DNA from: Octopus vulgaris
Lineage: Eukaryota
Assembly: GCA_951406725.2 (NCBI GenBank)
Contig: OX597837.1
Span: 22,816,001 to 22,880,000, forward strand
Reading direction: 5' to 3'
Length of the DNA: 64,000 bases
Below are positions 13,091 to 26,333 of the stretch, in pieces. Every line of letters starts with the position of its first letter. The stretch's first letter is position 1. The position numbers and the translations under genes were made by a program. Under the pieces are notes generated by a model. That model saw nothing but the letters and a program-made list of their open reading frames with translations, did no database searches and was not told the origin of the DNA.

Positions 13091-14535
13091 AAGATATACA
13101 TGACAATGGTAATTATAAAATGCATATGCAATAGCTGCAAACTGGAGCGATGTACTTGCTGCACTTAACAAATAAGCAAAAACAAATTTCACACACATTA
13201 ACTGATGGAGATCGTCTGTCGCCTTCACAGACAAACATGAATGATAATCAGAGATCCTATCAGAACGGCAATCTGCTTCTTTCTGCTTTTTTTTTTGTCC
13301 AAATAATTTAAAAGATATAAAATAAACCAATAGAAAGTTTACTTCCGTTGTTTGGATGGCTCCCACTGGTTTTGAAAATTCTATGAGGAAGAATTATTTC
13401 TGGAATTATTTCTGGAATAAGGAATGGCATTTTACTTTACCAGAATCACTGCATAGATATTAGAATCTAGTTTAGAACAACTATTTTATATTTAGTGGGG
13501 GTTTCAACATTTGTCTTCCTGTTAGCCTATGTATAGAACACAAAAACAGATTATCCACATTAAAATTATCTTCTAGAATAAAGGTTAATATAGTTGTTAT
13601 TGATTTTTTTGTTTTCCATGCTAGGATGGATGGATGGTATTCATCTTCAGCATGGCATTTCTCTATCATAAAGCTGTGCTGATTTGCAGCAGAGAAAACA
13701 GACCTCATGTCATAGCTTAAATAAGCTACCATATAAATGAGTGCATCACAACACATATTGTTAATACTAAATATGATATCTGTAAAATTGTTCACGATAA
13801 GACATTAAAAGAATACATGAAACTACTACCACTAGTACTACTAATAATAATGGTAAACAATAAATGTATATTTTTAAAGGAAATATTAGGAATAAACTGA
13901 GTAAACATCCACTACTTAGAGAAAATGATAGAGAAAAATTATTGATTTTATGCTAGTTTAGAAAAAGGGATTAGCTCAGAACTTCTCAGGCTTGAGAAGT
14001 AGAGGAATGGAGATCAAATTGGCTGCTCTCTACTTCAAAACATGGTGAATTAATCACAGAACATTGGATTTAAAACATCGTTGCCATTGGTGGTGGTTGT
14101 GATAGTAGTGGTAGTGGAGATAGAGGTGTTAGAGGTAGGGGGTGTGCAGTCTTTAAGTATAGAAGCAGCTGCTTTCATGTTCTGCTCCACTCATGCAGGA
14201 CTTAAGAGTTGCTACATGAGATACACTAAATGTTACTAGACAACATATATGATGTGGCCCCACCCACATGAGATATGCCACATGTGATACATCATATAAC
14301 ATATGCTACCACAGTAAGCAACAGGTTACTACATGAGCTATTTTATGACATGTTAACACAGGATGTGTTATACTACATGTGAGGCATTATATGATGCTAT
14401 TACATATTATATGAAATAAAGTGATGAGATGGCAGATTTGTAACCAGACTAGGCAAAATGTTCAGCAGCATTTCACTAAGGTGATAGTCATACAATAAAA
14501 ATAGAAATATATGATCATCATATATTTCTATTCTA

Positions 14536-14943
14536 GGCGTAGGAGTGGCTGTGTGGTAAGTAGCTTGCTTACCAACTACATGGTTCCGGGTTCAGTCCCA
14601 CTGTGTGGCACCTTGGGCAAGGGTCTTCTACTATAGCCTCAGGCTGACCAAAGACTTGTGAGTGGATTTGGTAGACAGAAACTGAAAGAAGCCCATCATA
14701 TATATGTATATATATATGTGTATGTTTGTGTGTCTGTGTTTGTCCCTCCAACATTGCTTGACAACTGGTGCTGGTGTGTTTACGTCCCCGTAGCTTAGCG
14801 GTTCGGCAAAAGAGACCGATAGAATAAGTACTTGGCTTACAAAGAATAAGTCCTGGGGTTGATTTGCTCGACTAAAGGCAGTGCTCCAGCATAGCCTCAG
14901 TCAAATGACTGAAACAAGTAAAAGAGTAAAGAGAGTAAAGAGT
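14536..14943 (+). mobile_element. SINE family 1
   Basis: Full length from ggcgtaggagtggctgtgtggtaag to the agtaaaagag tail. Confidence 0.88.
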
Positions 14944-15619
14944 ATTATCTTAAGTTGAAAATAGCACAAGAACCTTATGATTAATATTCCTGTAGCACAA
15001 GACAAAATATCTCTTAGCTCTTAGCTTCTGGTCTTCTCAACATCAATGACACTGTAGTTTTATTTTAAGCTAACTATTCTAGCAGTAGAATACCTCATGG
15101 AATGATGACTTTGCCCTGCATAGTTATGGGTTGCTCTTAGACAAGGCATAGCACCAGTTCAGCCTCCCAGCCAGGGATATGGTAAAGTCATGGGACTTCA
15201 GCATGGCAGATTGTGAAGCAGTAGTAGAAGAGCTCAACTGAGTCAACGGTGCTTCTTACATAGATATTGAGTGGATGAATCCTCCAAGATTGACGGTCAG
15301 GATCACCAAGCTCTAATTAGACAGTAACTGCAATGCATCCATAGGGTTGGCATCCATGGTTGTGTAATCAGCTAATGAAAGATACACTCTGACTTAATCT
15401 CCCAATTCAAATTCATTACAATGGAATTGGATGGCGACTGAGTCATGGGAATCTTGAACGCAGTGCAACAAAAGAAGATTATGGTTTGCTTAGGAAAGAG
15501 AAGAAACAATAAATACAGGGGTGGACAAAAGTAGATATACAATTGTTTAATGTGAGTGGAATGTTCTTTTCATTTCTCTACTTTTTTAATATCTGAAATT
15601 AGGAATACTCTTTTTTTTT

Positions 15620-16025
15620 TTACTTGTTTCAGTCATTTGACTGTAGCCATGCTGGAGCACCACCTTTAGTTGAGCAAATCGACCACATGACTTATTCTTT
15701 GGAAGCCTAGTACTTATTCTATTGGTCTCTTTTGCTGAACCGCTAAGTTACGAGGACGTAAACACACCGGCATCGGTTGTCAAGCAATGCTAGGGGGACA
15801 AACACGGACACACAAACATATACACACACATACATACATATATATATATATATACATATATATGACAGGCTTCTTTCAGTTTCCGTCTACCAAATCCACT
15901 CACAAGGCATTGGTTGACCCGGGGCTATAGCAGAAGACACTTGCCCAAGATGCCACGCAGTGGGACTGAACCCGGAACCATGTGGTTGGTAAGCAAGCTA
16001 CTTACCACACAGCCACTCCTGCGCC
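15620..16025 (-). mobile_element. SINE family 1 (followed by an older copy at about 16102-16462)
   Basis: Reverse complement of the 14.5 kb copy. Confidence 0.88.
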
Positions 16026-17189
16026 TAAAAAAATCTTCTTCATTTTTGTTGTATGTTCAAGAACATAGGAGAGAAAAGATGCCAATGGAATAGGAACACA
16101 TCTTTTATCTTTTACTTGTTTCAATCATTGGACTGCAGCCATGCTGTGGCACCACCACGAAGGGTTTAGTTGGACAAATCAATCCCAGTACTATTTTTGC
16201 TGAAGCACTAAGTTACAGGGACATAAGCAAACCAACACCAGTTGTTAAGCAGTGGTGGGGGATGATCACAAATACACACACATATATATAGATAATACAC
16301 ATATGCACAAACACACACACAAAGGGCTTCTTTACTCAATGACCTTATCACTTTGCTTCAGAAAGACTATCCAAGTAAAAGACACTTGTCCAAGGTGGCA
16401 TGCAGTAGGACTGAACCTGGAACTATGTGGCTGAAAAGCAAACTTCTTATCACCCGGCTGCACTATTATAATTTGAACAAGTGTCTCAATGAGTTAAACT
16501 TCTCGCTTTTGTAAAACAGAAAATTAAAGCTTCACTTCTTTGATGGAAGACTTTTAGATGAAAACTGTTGGTTGATCAGAAAAATAAAATAATTTACTGA
16601 TTTTTTTTTCTCCTTTTACCATTATTACAGGAACTACTGATTGACATATTTTGTTATTAGTTCTGAGCAATGTGATATTATCTTAAAGTCACTGAGCTAT
16701 TAAATATTAGTGGAAAAAATAATTAATTGAAAAACAAAGCAAAACAAAATAAAGAATAAAACATTTTGTTTTTTGGTAATTTTGATTTAATTTTCCATGT
16801 CAAACAGAAACAATTGAAGGTCCGTTACATAGAATTATTATTTTTCACAATCTAATATCTTAAATATTCTAGATTCTTTCACAACTTGATGGCAGATATC
16901 AAAGTTATTCTATCCTCAAAATAAAAATGGACAAAATGAAAAAAAAAAAAACAGAAAAAAAATTGTCCATTATTGTATAGTTTTATTTTATCAGATTTAA
17001 TCAAAATGACCAGAATTTTACCAATTTCCATTTTAATAGAATTATTCTGTTTATTTATTTTATATTTTTGTCTTTTAAATTATGATTTCATTAAATGTTA
17101 GCCTGGTAGTTGTATCTTTTTTCTTTCTATTTGCTGTTCTAACAATATTTACAATAGAGGCCATAAACACATTCAAGTCATTCATTGCT

Positions 17190-17800
17190 CCATCTACTTA
17201 CCTATCTATGTATCTATCCCTCTACCTATCTGTGTATCTGTTTGTCCGTCTGTCTGTCTGTCTATCTAATTATCTACCTATCTGCCTTCTCTCTCTGTCT
17301 ATCTATCTATCTAATTATCTGCTTGTCTGCTTTCTCTGTCTGTCTATCTATCTAATTATCTACCTGTCTGCTTTCTCTGTCTGTCTATCTATCTAATTAT
17401 CTACCTGTCTGTCTTCTCTGTCTCTATCTATCTAATTATCTACCTGTCTGTCTTCTGTCTCTCTATCTAATTATCTACCTATCTGCCTTCTCTCTCTGTC
17501 TATCTATCTATCTATCTATCTAATTATTTGCTTGTCTGTCTTCTCTGTCTCTATCTATCTAATTATCTACCTGTCTGCTTTCTCTGTCTGTCTATCTAAT
17601 TATCTACCTGTCTGTCTTCTGCCTCTCTATCTAATTATCTATCTATCTGTCTGCCTGCCTGCCTGCCTACCTACCTACCTACCTACCTATCTATCTACCT
17701 ACCTACCTACCTACCTATTTATCTATCCATCCATCCATCCATCCATCCATCCATCCATCCATCCATCCATCTACTTAGGTGTCTATCCACCTACCTATGT
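17190..17800. repeat. (TCTA/TCTG)-based degenerate minisatellite with a recurring ctaattatctacctg unit, then (CCTA)n/(CCAT)n
   Basis: Direct reading. Confidence 0.85.
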
Positions 17801-18394
17801 ATTTGCCAGTATAAAAATCAATCTAGGCAAAATACCTGAGATTCTGAGGAGAGCAGTAGTTGATACCTTTGACTCCAGTACTAGATTGCTATTTATCTTA
17901 TTGACTCCAGAGGGAAGAAAAGCAAAGTTGACCTCAGTGGGATTTGAACTCAAATGAAAGGAGCCAGATAAAAATAGCACAAAGGATTTTTTCTGATGCT
18001 CTAACGATTCTTCCAGCTTGCTGCCTTTACTTTTCAAGATATTAATGTTATGAGAGAGAGACATAGAGAAGGGGAGATAAGTTAAAGAGGGAGAAGGAGT
18101 CAAGGAGATTACATCATCATCATCATCATCAAACATCTGTTTTCCATGCTGGCATGGGTAAGACAATTTGACAGGAACTGGCAAGTTGGCTTTGGCATGG
18201 TTTCTATAGCTGGATGTCCTTCCTAATGCCAACCATTTTACAGAGAATATTGGCTGGTTTTTATGTGGCACCAGTGGCAGGTAAGTCACCAAGTAACTAG
18301 CAGGGAAAGACCCCTCAACTGTAGGGTGGGAAGTAGTATTGAGGGGCAGAGAAAGTGTCTTGCATCATAAGAGAAACACGGCTACTTCTGATGG

Positions 18395-18795
18395 GAGAGG
18401 AGAGAGAGAAGGGAGATAGAGAAAAGAGAAAGGAAGAGAGAGGAGAGAAAGAGAAGAGAAAGAGAGGTGAGAGAAGAGAAAGAGAAGAAAGAGAAGAGAA
18501 AGAGAGGTGAGAGAAGAGAAAGAGAGAGAAGAGAAAGAGAGAGGAGAGAGAAAAGAGAGAGAGGAAAGAGAAGAGAGAAAAAGAGAGAAAAAAGAGAAAG
18601 AGAAGAGAGAAAAAGAGAGAAAAAAGAGAAGAGAGAAAGGAGAAGAGAGAGAAGAGAGAGAGAGAGAGGAGAGAAAGAGAGGGGAGAGAAAGAGAGAGAG
18701 GAGAAAGAGAGAGGAGAGAGAAAAAGAGAGAGAGAAAAGAGAAAGAGAAGAGAGAAAAAGAAAGAGAAAAGAGAAGAGAGAAAGGAGAGAAAGAT
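18395..18795. repeat. Polypurine (GA-rich) tract
   Basis: Direct reading. Confidence 0.9.
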
Positions 18796-19035
18796 GATGT
18801 TGTAGGGTTTGGGAAGGGGGCCGTACTCCTAAGTTTCAGGGATTGGTGAGGGTAAGTAGGTGGGTGACTTCACAAGGAGGGTGAGAGCTAGAGGTGTGGT
18901 GGGGGGATGTAATAAGTGGGCCCTGAATGCAATAAGATGGTTTAGAAATATATATTTCTGAAAACAAATCAAAAACCAAAAAAAAAACCAAAAATCAACA
19001 AGAAACCATTTGGTAAAAAAGAAAGAACCTCTGTT

Positions 19036-19270
19036 AAGGTGGTGAGCTGGCAGAAACGGTAGCACGCTGGGCAAAATGCTTAGCAGTACTTCATCTGCCG
19101 TTACGTTCTGAGTTCAAATTCTGCTAAGGTCGACTTTGCCTTTCATCCTTTCAGGGTCGATAAATTAAGTACCAGTTATGCACTGGGGTCGATATAATCG
19201 ACCTAATCCTTTTGTCTGTCTTTGTTTGTCCCTTCTGTGCGTAGCCCCTTGTGGGCAGTAAAAAAATAAG
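19036..19270 (+). mobile_element. tRNA-derived SINE family 2 (aaggcggcgagctggcagaa head)
   Basis: Homologous copies at about 6490-6655(-), 17860-18030(-), 26618-26830(+), 51000-51232(+), 60160-60388(-), 62910-63107(-) and 63657-63838(-). Confidence 0.8.
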
Positions 19271-19686
19271 AAAGATCCTCTGTTTTCCATGCTGGCATGG
19301 ATTGGATGGTTTGACTAGATTTGGTAATTTGGAGAGCTGTACCAGGTTCCAGTCAGTTTTCTGGCTAAGCTTCTACAACTGGATGCCTTTCCTAATGCCA
19401 ACTGCTCCATAGAGTGTACTGGGTGTCTTTTATATGTCACTGGCACAAGTGCCTTTTACCTTTTACAGGTGCATTTTATGTGTCACCTGCATGGGTACCT
19501 TTTACATATCATCAACACAGGTGCCTTTTAGATATTACCAACACTAGTTATGACCAAGATTTCACTTAGCTTGGCATGTCTTCCCAAGCACAGAAATCAC
19601 CAGAACTCTTGGTCACTTGTCATTGCTGCTGTGAGACTCAACAACCGAAGGTCATGTGTTGCGTAAAATTGATTTAAAATAACAAT

Positions 19687-19961
19687 AATAATTGCAGTGT
19701 GGAAGGTGTTTATAAGCCATTTAAGAAACATACAAAACCGTTAGATTCACTTCAACATTTAAATTTAATTTGTCAAAATGTTTTCGTTGCTCCGAGACTG
19801 CGACCTGTTCAATGACAAAACTTTGTACTGCATCTGAGCAGGTCACGGTCTCAAAGCGACGAAAATATTTTGACAAATTAAATTTAAATGTTGAAGTGAA
19901 TCTAACAGATTTTTGTGTGTTTCTTAAATGGCTTATAAACACCTTCCACGCTGCAATTATT
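19687..19961. repeat. Long inverted repeat (about 125-bp arms, 23-bp spacer)
   Basis: aataattgcagtgtggaaggtgtttataagccatttaagaaac... is mirrored by ...gtttcttaaatggcttataaacaccttccacgctgcaattatt. Confidence 0.92.
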
Positions 19962-20993
19962 TTCGTTCCAGCACATGATCTCAGATCAAGTCACTCGCTA
20001 TGCAAGTACATCTCCGTAAATAATAATAATAATAATAATAATAACGATAATGATAATAATAAAAAACGAATAAAATAAAACCTTAAACTATGGAGGAATT
20101 TCTGAAATTGTATTTATAAGAATTCCTAATTCAAAAGGATGATAAAAGTTGTCTATCTGAAATAAGCTTCTAATAAGATCTGATAGTTCCAGAATTTCAC
20201 CAGCTTAAGCTAAATATGATTTAAAGTTAGCAAAATTCTCTAAAGAAATATTTTATTTGTTTATTTATTGTAATGTAAGAGATAATGGTAAGAATGGCTA
20301 TTAAAAACCATGTATCTGCATATGGCTACATAATGTAGCAGCAGGCTGGCATGTTTTGCTTTTCTTTTTGGATAATAATATTATCGTCACATTTAATTTG
20401 TTAGTTGTGGGGTGAGGGGGAGGGGGAAAATGGTGGAAGTGAAGTTAGTGGTAGAAGTAAGTGGTGGTGAAGAGAGAGAGAGAGAGAGAAACAGAAATGA
20501 TTATGGGGGTGGGGTGGAGGAGAAGGAATAGGTTGCAGTGGTAGGGGAAAGTAAGAGTTTAGTAATAAAAGTTTTTGGTGATGTGATGATGCGGAAGGTG
20601 TGAGCGAGAGAGAAAGGATAGGATGACTGGGGAGAGAGATGTGCAAAGTAAGATAGAGACCAGGCAGGAAAACAAGACTATATATCTACAGGAGAGAGAG
20701 AAAAGGAGGAGATTTGGACAACTAAACCAAAGTTAAAAAGGAAGACTTTTAGGTGTTATTTTAAGCAGAAAAATAATGTAGAATCTATTTCGAAATGTTA
20801 TTTTTACATTAACAACGATTACGTATCAGTAACAATAGCAAACATATTGTGGAGGACATGTCTACACTGTACAATGTGGAAATAATGTATTGGTGTAGAG
20901 ATGTGGTGGTCAAAGCAAACAGATTGCATGTTGTAGGCATGCAGCAGTCTGTATCCTAGTCATATAGTGTTTAATGCCAGTATATACCATACA

Positions 20994-21051
<58 letters not shown>

Positions 21052-22688
21052 CCGCGTGTGTATCGTTGGCGATTTTTTTTTCCCTCCATCTTCCCTTCCT
21101 TGGACCTTTCCTTGTTCTATATTTCTGATAAGAGCTCTGCTCGAAACATTATATCCTCCTTCTTTCTTTCCTTTCCTGAGCGTCCAATAACACTATACTT
21201 GTTCCATGTCCTCATGTTGTTGTGTTTTCATGTTTGGATTAACATATATATATATATATAAGGAAAAACATTCGAGTGAGGTCATTGCCAGTGCCGCTGG
21301 ACTGGCTCCTGTGCAGGTGGCACGTAAAAAACACCATTTGAGCGTGGCTGTTGCCGGTACTGCCTGACTGGCCCTCGTGCCGGTGGCACGTAAAAGCACC
21401 CACTACACTCTCAGAGTCATGACCACTATTACTTTGTCTCTCTCGGCTAAGTTACCCCTAAAAATATCAGCCAGAAGAAAGTATGATTCCCTCGTGTTCA
21501 GGTTAACACTAATATCATGGGACTAAACAACAGCCTCATCTTGAAGTTGAATGTAACCTGATGGAATGTACAATGCTTTTGTGAATCGTTTTAGACTCTT
21601 ATGTAATACATGTAGACTAGAGAACCTGATGCTGTCCTTGGCCTTGCCATTTCCAATTTCTAAGTCAAACCATCTAACCCATACCAGCATGGAAAACAGA
21701 TGTTAAGAGTTGTTGATGATGATGATGGAACATATCATGTTTGCTGAGAACTGTTACACTTCATTCTTGACTCTATTTCAACACACACACACAAAGAAAA
21801 GAGAGAAACAAAAAGTGTCCTCCTATATCTTACATCCTGTATATTTCCAGAATCAAGACATAAAATAAATATTCTATTTATTTTTAATACTATTTACAAT
21901 AACTCGTCTCTCTCTCTCTCTCTCATACAAAGATTTAACAAACAATCACTGCCGAGCTCAAGCTATTTGCCTCCAGCCTGTGTGTTCTATTTGTAAATAT
22001 CTTCACTACTTATATGAATCATGTTATTACAACTGGATCCATTTATAAATATGGCAATATTTAAAAATGGAGCAGATATCTCAACAGTATATTCATCCTC
22101 TTGCTTAACATTCTACCATTCTAAAGTCTAAAGAAGCTTTTCTTTTTGACAGATAATATTACTTCAGCTTCTGTACTTGGTTCGCTTTACATAATATCAT
22201 ACCTGTGCATGTATGTATATGTGTGTGTGTATATACATATACACACACAGAGACAGACATATATGCATGTGTGTGGTGTATATATATATATATGCACATA
22301 TGTATATATGTGTTTGTATATGTATATACATGTATGTGAATATATAAATTTATTTATGTATATGTGTATATGCATTCATATATATATGCATATATGTGTG
22401 TATGTATACATATGTTTAGTCGACATAGAATTAAATCTTTTGTCAAAACATCAAGTTTTTCTGTTAGACTTTCATCATTCTGCTCCGCTTTATTGATTAA
22501 CGCTAAAAGTTATGAAAATATTTTCTAGAATGTGTGTGTCTGTGTGTGTGAGAGAGAGAGGGGGGGCAAGATGAAGGGGAATCTAGGGGAAGATGGAGTG
22601 GAAAGGAGAGATAATAATAATAATAATAATAATAATAATTGTGTACAGTGCTCAGGTGCACTACAACTCATCTAAAGTGTATATATAA

Positions 22689-25520
22689 TCAGGTGAAGTT
22701 TCGGCGGATTTCGGAAAGCATGAGGGCCTTAAAAGATGCAGTGTCATGGCAGTCAACAACTGACGCAGGCAGTTTATTCCATGCTTCAGCAACTCTGAGC
22801 GTGAAAAAATGTTTCCGAAAGTCATGGGAGCTGTATTGTTTTCTGACTTTGTAGGCATGTCCACGTGTGTTAGACACATGGAGATCAAAAAGGTGTTCAG
22901 TGTTGTTGTTGGTGAGGTGGTTGATAACTTTGTGGGTGTTTACCAAGTCCGTCGCCAAACGCCGGAGCTTCAGAGAATCCATGCCCAGGGAAACAAGGCG
23001 CTCAGAATATGGTAGGTGTCTGATGGAGGGTATGCGTTTGGTTGCACGTCTCTGGACAGATTCCAGGAGGTCAATGTTCTGTGCAAGATAGGGGTTCCAA
23101 ACTGATGATGCGAATTCCAAGTGTGGTCGTACCATAGCTGTATACAGTTTTAAATAGATGGCTGGAGAGCGGCTAACAAAAGACCTGCTGAGTGATGCCA
23201 AGACACCCTCGGCCTTCCTGACAATCTTAGAGATATGCTTTGACCAACGCAAATCACTGCTGACAGTGATGCCTAGGTCACGCTCGCAAGAGTATTTCTT
23301 GATATCAGTGTTGTGGAGGGAGTATGTGAACGCAGGGTTTTTTCTCCCAAAATGCATGGTGGTACACTTGTCCACAGCCAGTTTCAGTTGCCAGTCTGTG
23401 ATCCATTGCTGCATTGTGTCTAGGTCTGATTGCAGGAAAGAGTTGTAGACATCAGGATCTGTCCTCTTGATTTCAAGGTACAGCTTGATGTCGTCTGCAT
23501 ATTTCAATACTGTGGCATTCTTTAAATTGGCATCTATGTCGTTAATGTATGCCACAAACAAGAGGGGGCCAAGGACAGATCCCTGTGGTACACCCGATGA
23601 CATCTCATATGGTGTAGAGTGCTGTCCTAGAACTGTGACTACCTCCTTTCGGCTGAGGATGAAGGATTTCAACCAGTTAAAAAGGTCATCCCCCACACCC
23701 ATTGCAGAGAGTTTCACCATAAGCCTTTTGTGTGGCACAGAGTTGAAAGCCTTAGCAAAGTCAAGGTAGACAACATCCACCCATGAGCCACTGTCAGTAA
23801 TCTGAGTAATGTCCTCAAGGAACTCGACAAGCTGGTCACTGCAGCTGGAGTTAGGGACAAATCCATATTGTGAGGGTCGGATGAGACTGTGAGAGCTCCA
23901 GAAGTTCCAGAGTGTTTCTCTGACACACGATTCCATCAGTTTTGCAATACAGCTAGTGAGACTGACTGGGCGATAGTTGACAGGTGATGTGCGGTCGCCC
24001 TTTTTGAACAGAGGAATGACACTGGCAGTTTTCCACTGCTCCGGAGTAGCACCATTGTTGAGACAGTACTGGAAGAAAATAGAAAGCTGGTGTAAAAGGA
24101 AGTGCCTGCCACGTTTGAGAAGCAGGTATGTAACTCCATCGAGACCAGGGGAGGCATAGTTGCGCTTATTTTGAAGGTGACGTCGCAGCATTGCAGGTGT
24201 AAATTCCATAGTTGTTATGGAGTTTGCTGTTAGTGATGGTGAAGATGGTACATTTTGACTTTCAACAGTGAATATGTTTGCATAGCACTCGGCAATGAGT
24301 TCTGCGCATTCCTTGGGGTCGTCAGTGATCTGGTTTGTGTGAGGGTTGCGAAGAGGGCCCACTGGAGAGTGAGGTCTCTGCTTTGAGTGCACATATTTCC
24401 AGAAAACCTTGCTGTCAGGATTGGCTGCTATGCACTGTTCAAATTCAAGCACTGCTTTTTTTGTCACTTGCTTGAGATGGTTGGAGGATTTATTCCGCTT
24501 CTTCCTGTTGGTGTCTGATTTATGCAACCTGTATTCCCGTTCAGCAGTCCGACGTTCCCTCCTGGCAAGTCGGACCGCTGAAGTTTCCCAAATTGCCCTT
24601 TTGGGGCGGTTCTTCTTTTTTTGTTTACGTGGCACTGATGCTGCACATGCTGCCCATATTGAGTCCAGGATACTCTGGAGTATAGTATTCACATCTCCAG
24701 AGTTGTAGAATTCACGCCAGTTTGGGTGCTGTAGTTCAGTGTGGTACAGGTTCCAATCTGCTCTCTTCCAATCGAAGGAAGCAGATTGGAGATGGTTCAG
24801 GTTTTTGTTGCCCGCAAGAGCCAGATTGGCGATGATCATAGCATGATCAGAGTCACCTAGAGGTTCCTCCGTAGTGCAATTGATAACCGCTTCAGGAGTT
24901 GTGGTGAAGAGCAGGTCCAAGGTGTTGTCGCCTCTTGTTGGAGAGGTGACTACTTGTGACCAGTTTGAGTCCAGCACAAGCTCAACAAAATCGTTTGCAC
25001 TCTGTGGCCAATGGAAGGTCTCCCAATCGATCTCAGGATGATTGAAATCGCCTGCAATAAACACATAAGTGGCTGTTTTCCTGGCAGCAGCTCGGAGGAC
25101 ATTGCAAAGCTGTGTGTCCCGATGGTAACTTGGGGGACGATAAACAACGCCAAGCAGGAGTGTTGACATGGTCATACGCACGTCACAGAAAAAAACTTCT
25201 TCTTGTGATTCGTTCAAATCGGCACAAGGAATTACCAAAAAATTTGAACGAACGTAGACCATCACACCACCACCACGGCGGTTAGTGCGGTCCTTACGGA
25301 AGAGGTTGTACCCCGTAATGTTGAAAACCCCATCACAGAGTAAGGAATGCGCCCATGTTTCCGTGACAGTGATGAAGTCAGGGTCAACACTTCTGACGTA
25401 GGCGTTGAACAAATGTATTTTGTTGCATAAACTGCGAGCATTTAAGGACAACAATTTGTACCCTGCTCGCAGTTTATGATGGTGTGTAGAGGATGGCAGG
25501 TTGTTCTGGCTTAGTTTCCC
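22689..25520 (-). CDS. LINE ORF2: apurinic-type endonuclease plus reverse transcriptase (uninterrupted, no ATG at the start)
   Basis: Motifs LNARSL, VTETW, GDFNHP, SDH, YLDFAKAFNSVPH, SGVPQGSVLGPLLF, YADD and NTRGH. The frame is open from 25538 to the stop at 22689. Confidence 0.95.
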   Translation of the reverse strand, partial: GKLSQNNLPSSTHHHKLRAGYKLLSLNARSLCNKIHLFNAYVRSVDPDFITVTETWAHSLLCDGVFNITGYNLFRKDRTNRRGGGVMVYVRSNFLVIPCADLNESQEEVFFCDVRMTMSTLLLGVVYRPPSYHRDTQLCNVLRAAARKTATYVFIAGDFNHPEIDWETFHWPQSANDFVELVLDSNWSQVVTSPTRGDNTLDLLFTTTPEAVINCTTEEPLGDSDHAMIIANLALAGNKNLNHLQSASFDWKRADWNLYHTELQHPNWREFYNSGDVNTILQSILDSIWAACAASVPRKQKKKNRPKRAIWETSAVRLARRERRTAEREYRLHKSDTNRKKRNKSSNHLKQVTKKAVLEFEQCIAANPDSKVFWKYVHSKQRPHSPVGPLRNPHTNQITDDPKECAELIAECYANIFTVESQNVPSSPSLTANSITTMEFTPAMLRRHLQNKRNYASPGLDGVTYLLLKRGRHFLLHQLSIFFQYCLNNGATPEQWKTASVIPLFKKGDRTSPVNYRPVSLTSCIAKLMESCVRETLWNFWSSHSLIRPSQYGFVPNSSCSDQLVEFLEDITQITDSGSWVDVVYLDFAKAFNSVPHKRLMVKLSAMGVGDDLFNWLKSFILSRKEVVTVLGQHSTPYEMSSGVPQGSVLGPLLFVAYINDIDANLKNATVLKYADDIKLYLEIKRTDPDVYNSFLQSDLDTMQQWITDWQLKLAVDKCTTMHFGRKNPAFTYSLHNTDIKKYSCERDLGITVSSDLRWSKHISKIVRKAEGVLASLSRSFVSRSPAIYLKLYTAMVRPHLEFASSVWNPYLAQNIDLLESVQRRATKRIPSIRHLPYSERLVSLGMDSLKLRRLATDLVNTHKVINHLTNNNTEHLFDLHVSNTRGHAYKVRKQYSSHDFRKHFFTLRVAEAWNKLPASVVDCHDTASFKALMLSEIRRNFT

Positions 25521-26300
25521 TGAGTTGCTGTAGTTTTTTTAGTTATTGTGGGTAGAGAGCACTCAGACCAGCTGGTATCTCTCTTCCACGTTTCAGCAGT
25601 CTTGACAAATCTCCAGATTTGTCCATCTTCCGAAGACTGAAGCTTTCCTGTAGAGCTGAGTTCCTATTCAGGGAAGCCACTACACGTAGCTTTGGGCGTA
25701 CATCGGATGGTAAGCCTGGGCGTGTTCGGAAGGTGGTCCGATTTTCCCGCCCAGCTTTAACTGAGGCCAGATGGTAAGAGGTTGCCTCAGTGGGGTCCGT
25801 AAAAGACAACTTGATGAGCCTAGGTTTTGGGCCAGGTCGTCCAAGGCGGATAGCACCCGTTGGGGGAACGCAGCCTAGGTCTTTGGCTGAGTTGGCAGCA
25901 AAAGCCTGAAGATCAGCCATGTCTTCTGGCACCCCAATGGCAATGACTTCATGGGTGGCAGAATCCGCGGTCTTAAATGCGACAAGAGGTACAGGTACAG
26001 GGAGGTTCTTTAGCAGAGCATTCCGATAAGACCCCTCATTGTGGAGTCCAACCTGAATGGTTGCTTTTATTCCTGCTACTTCCCCTTTTAAAGCACAGAT
26101 CGATTGTTGCAGTTCTGCAAGAACCGCACTGGTCAATTGGTGTTGTTGTTGTTGCTGCTGTTGCTCTGGTTGTGGTTGATTTTGTTGTTGCTGTTGTTGT
26201 TGTTGATGTTGTTGTTGCTGCTGCTCTGGTTGTGGTTGATTTTGTTGTTGCTGCTGCTCTGGTTGTGGTTGATTTTGTTGTTGCTGCTGCTGCTGCTCTA

Positions 26301-26333
<33 letters not shown>

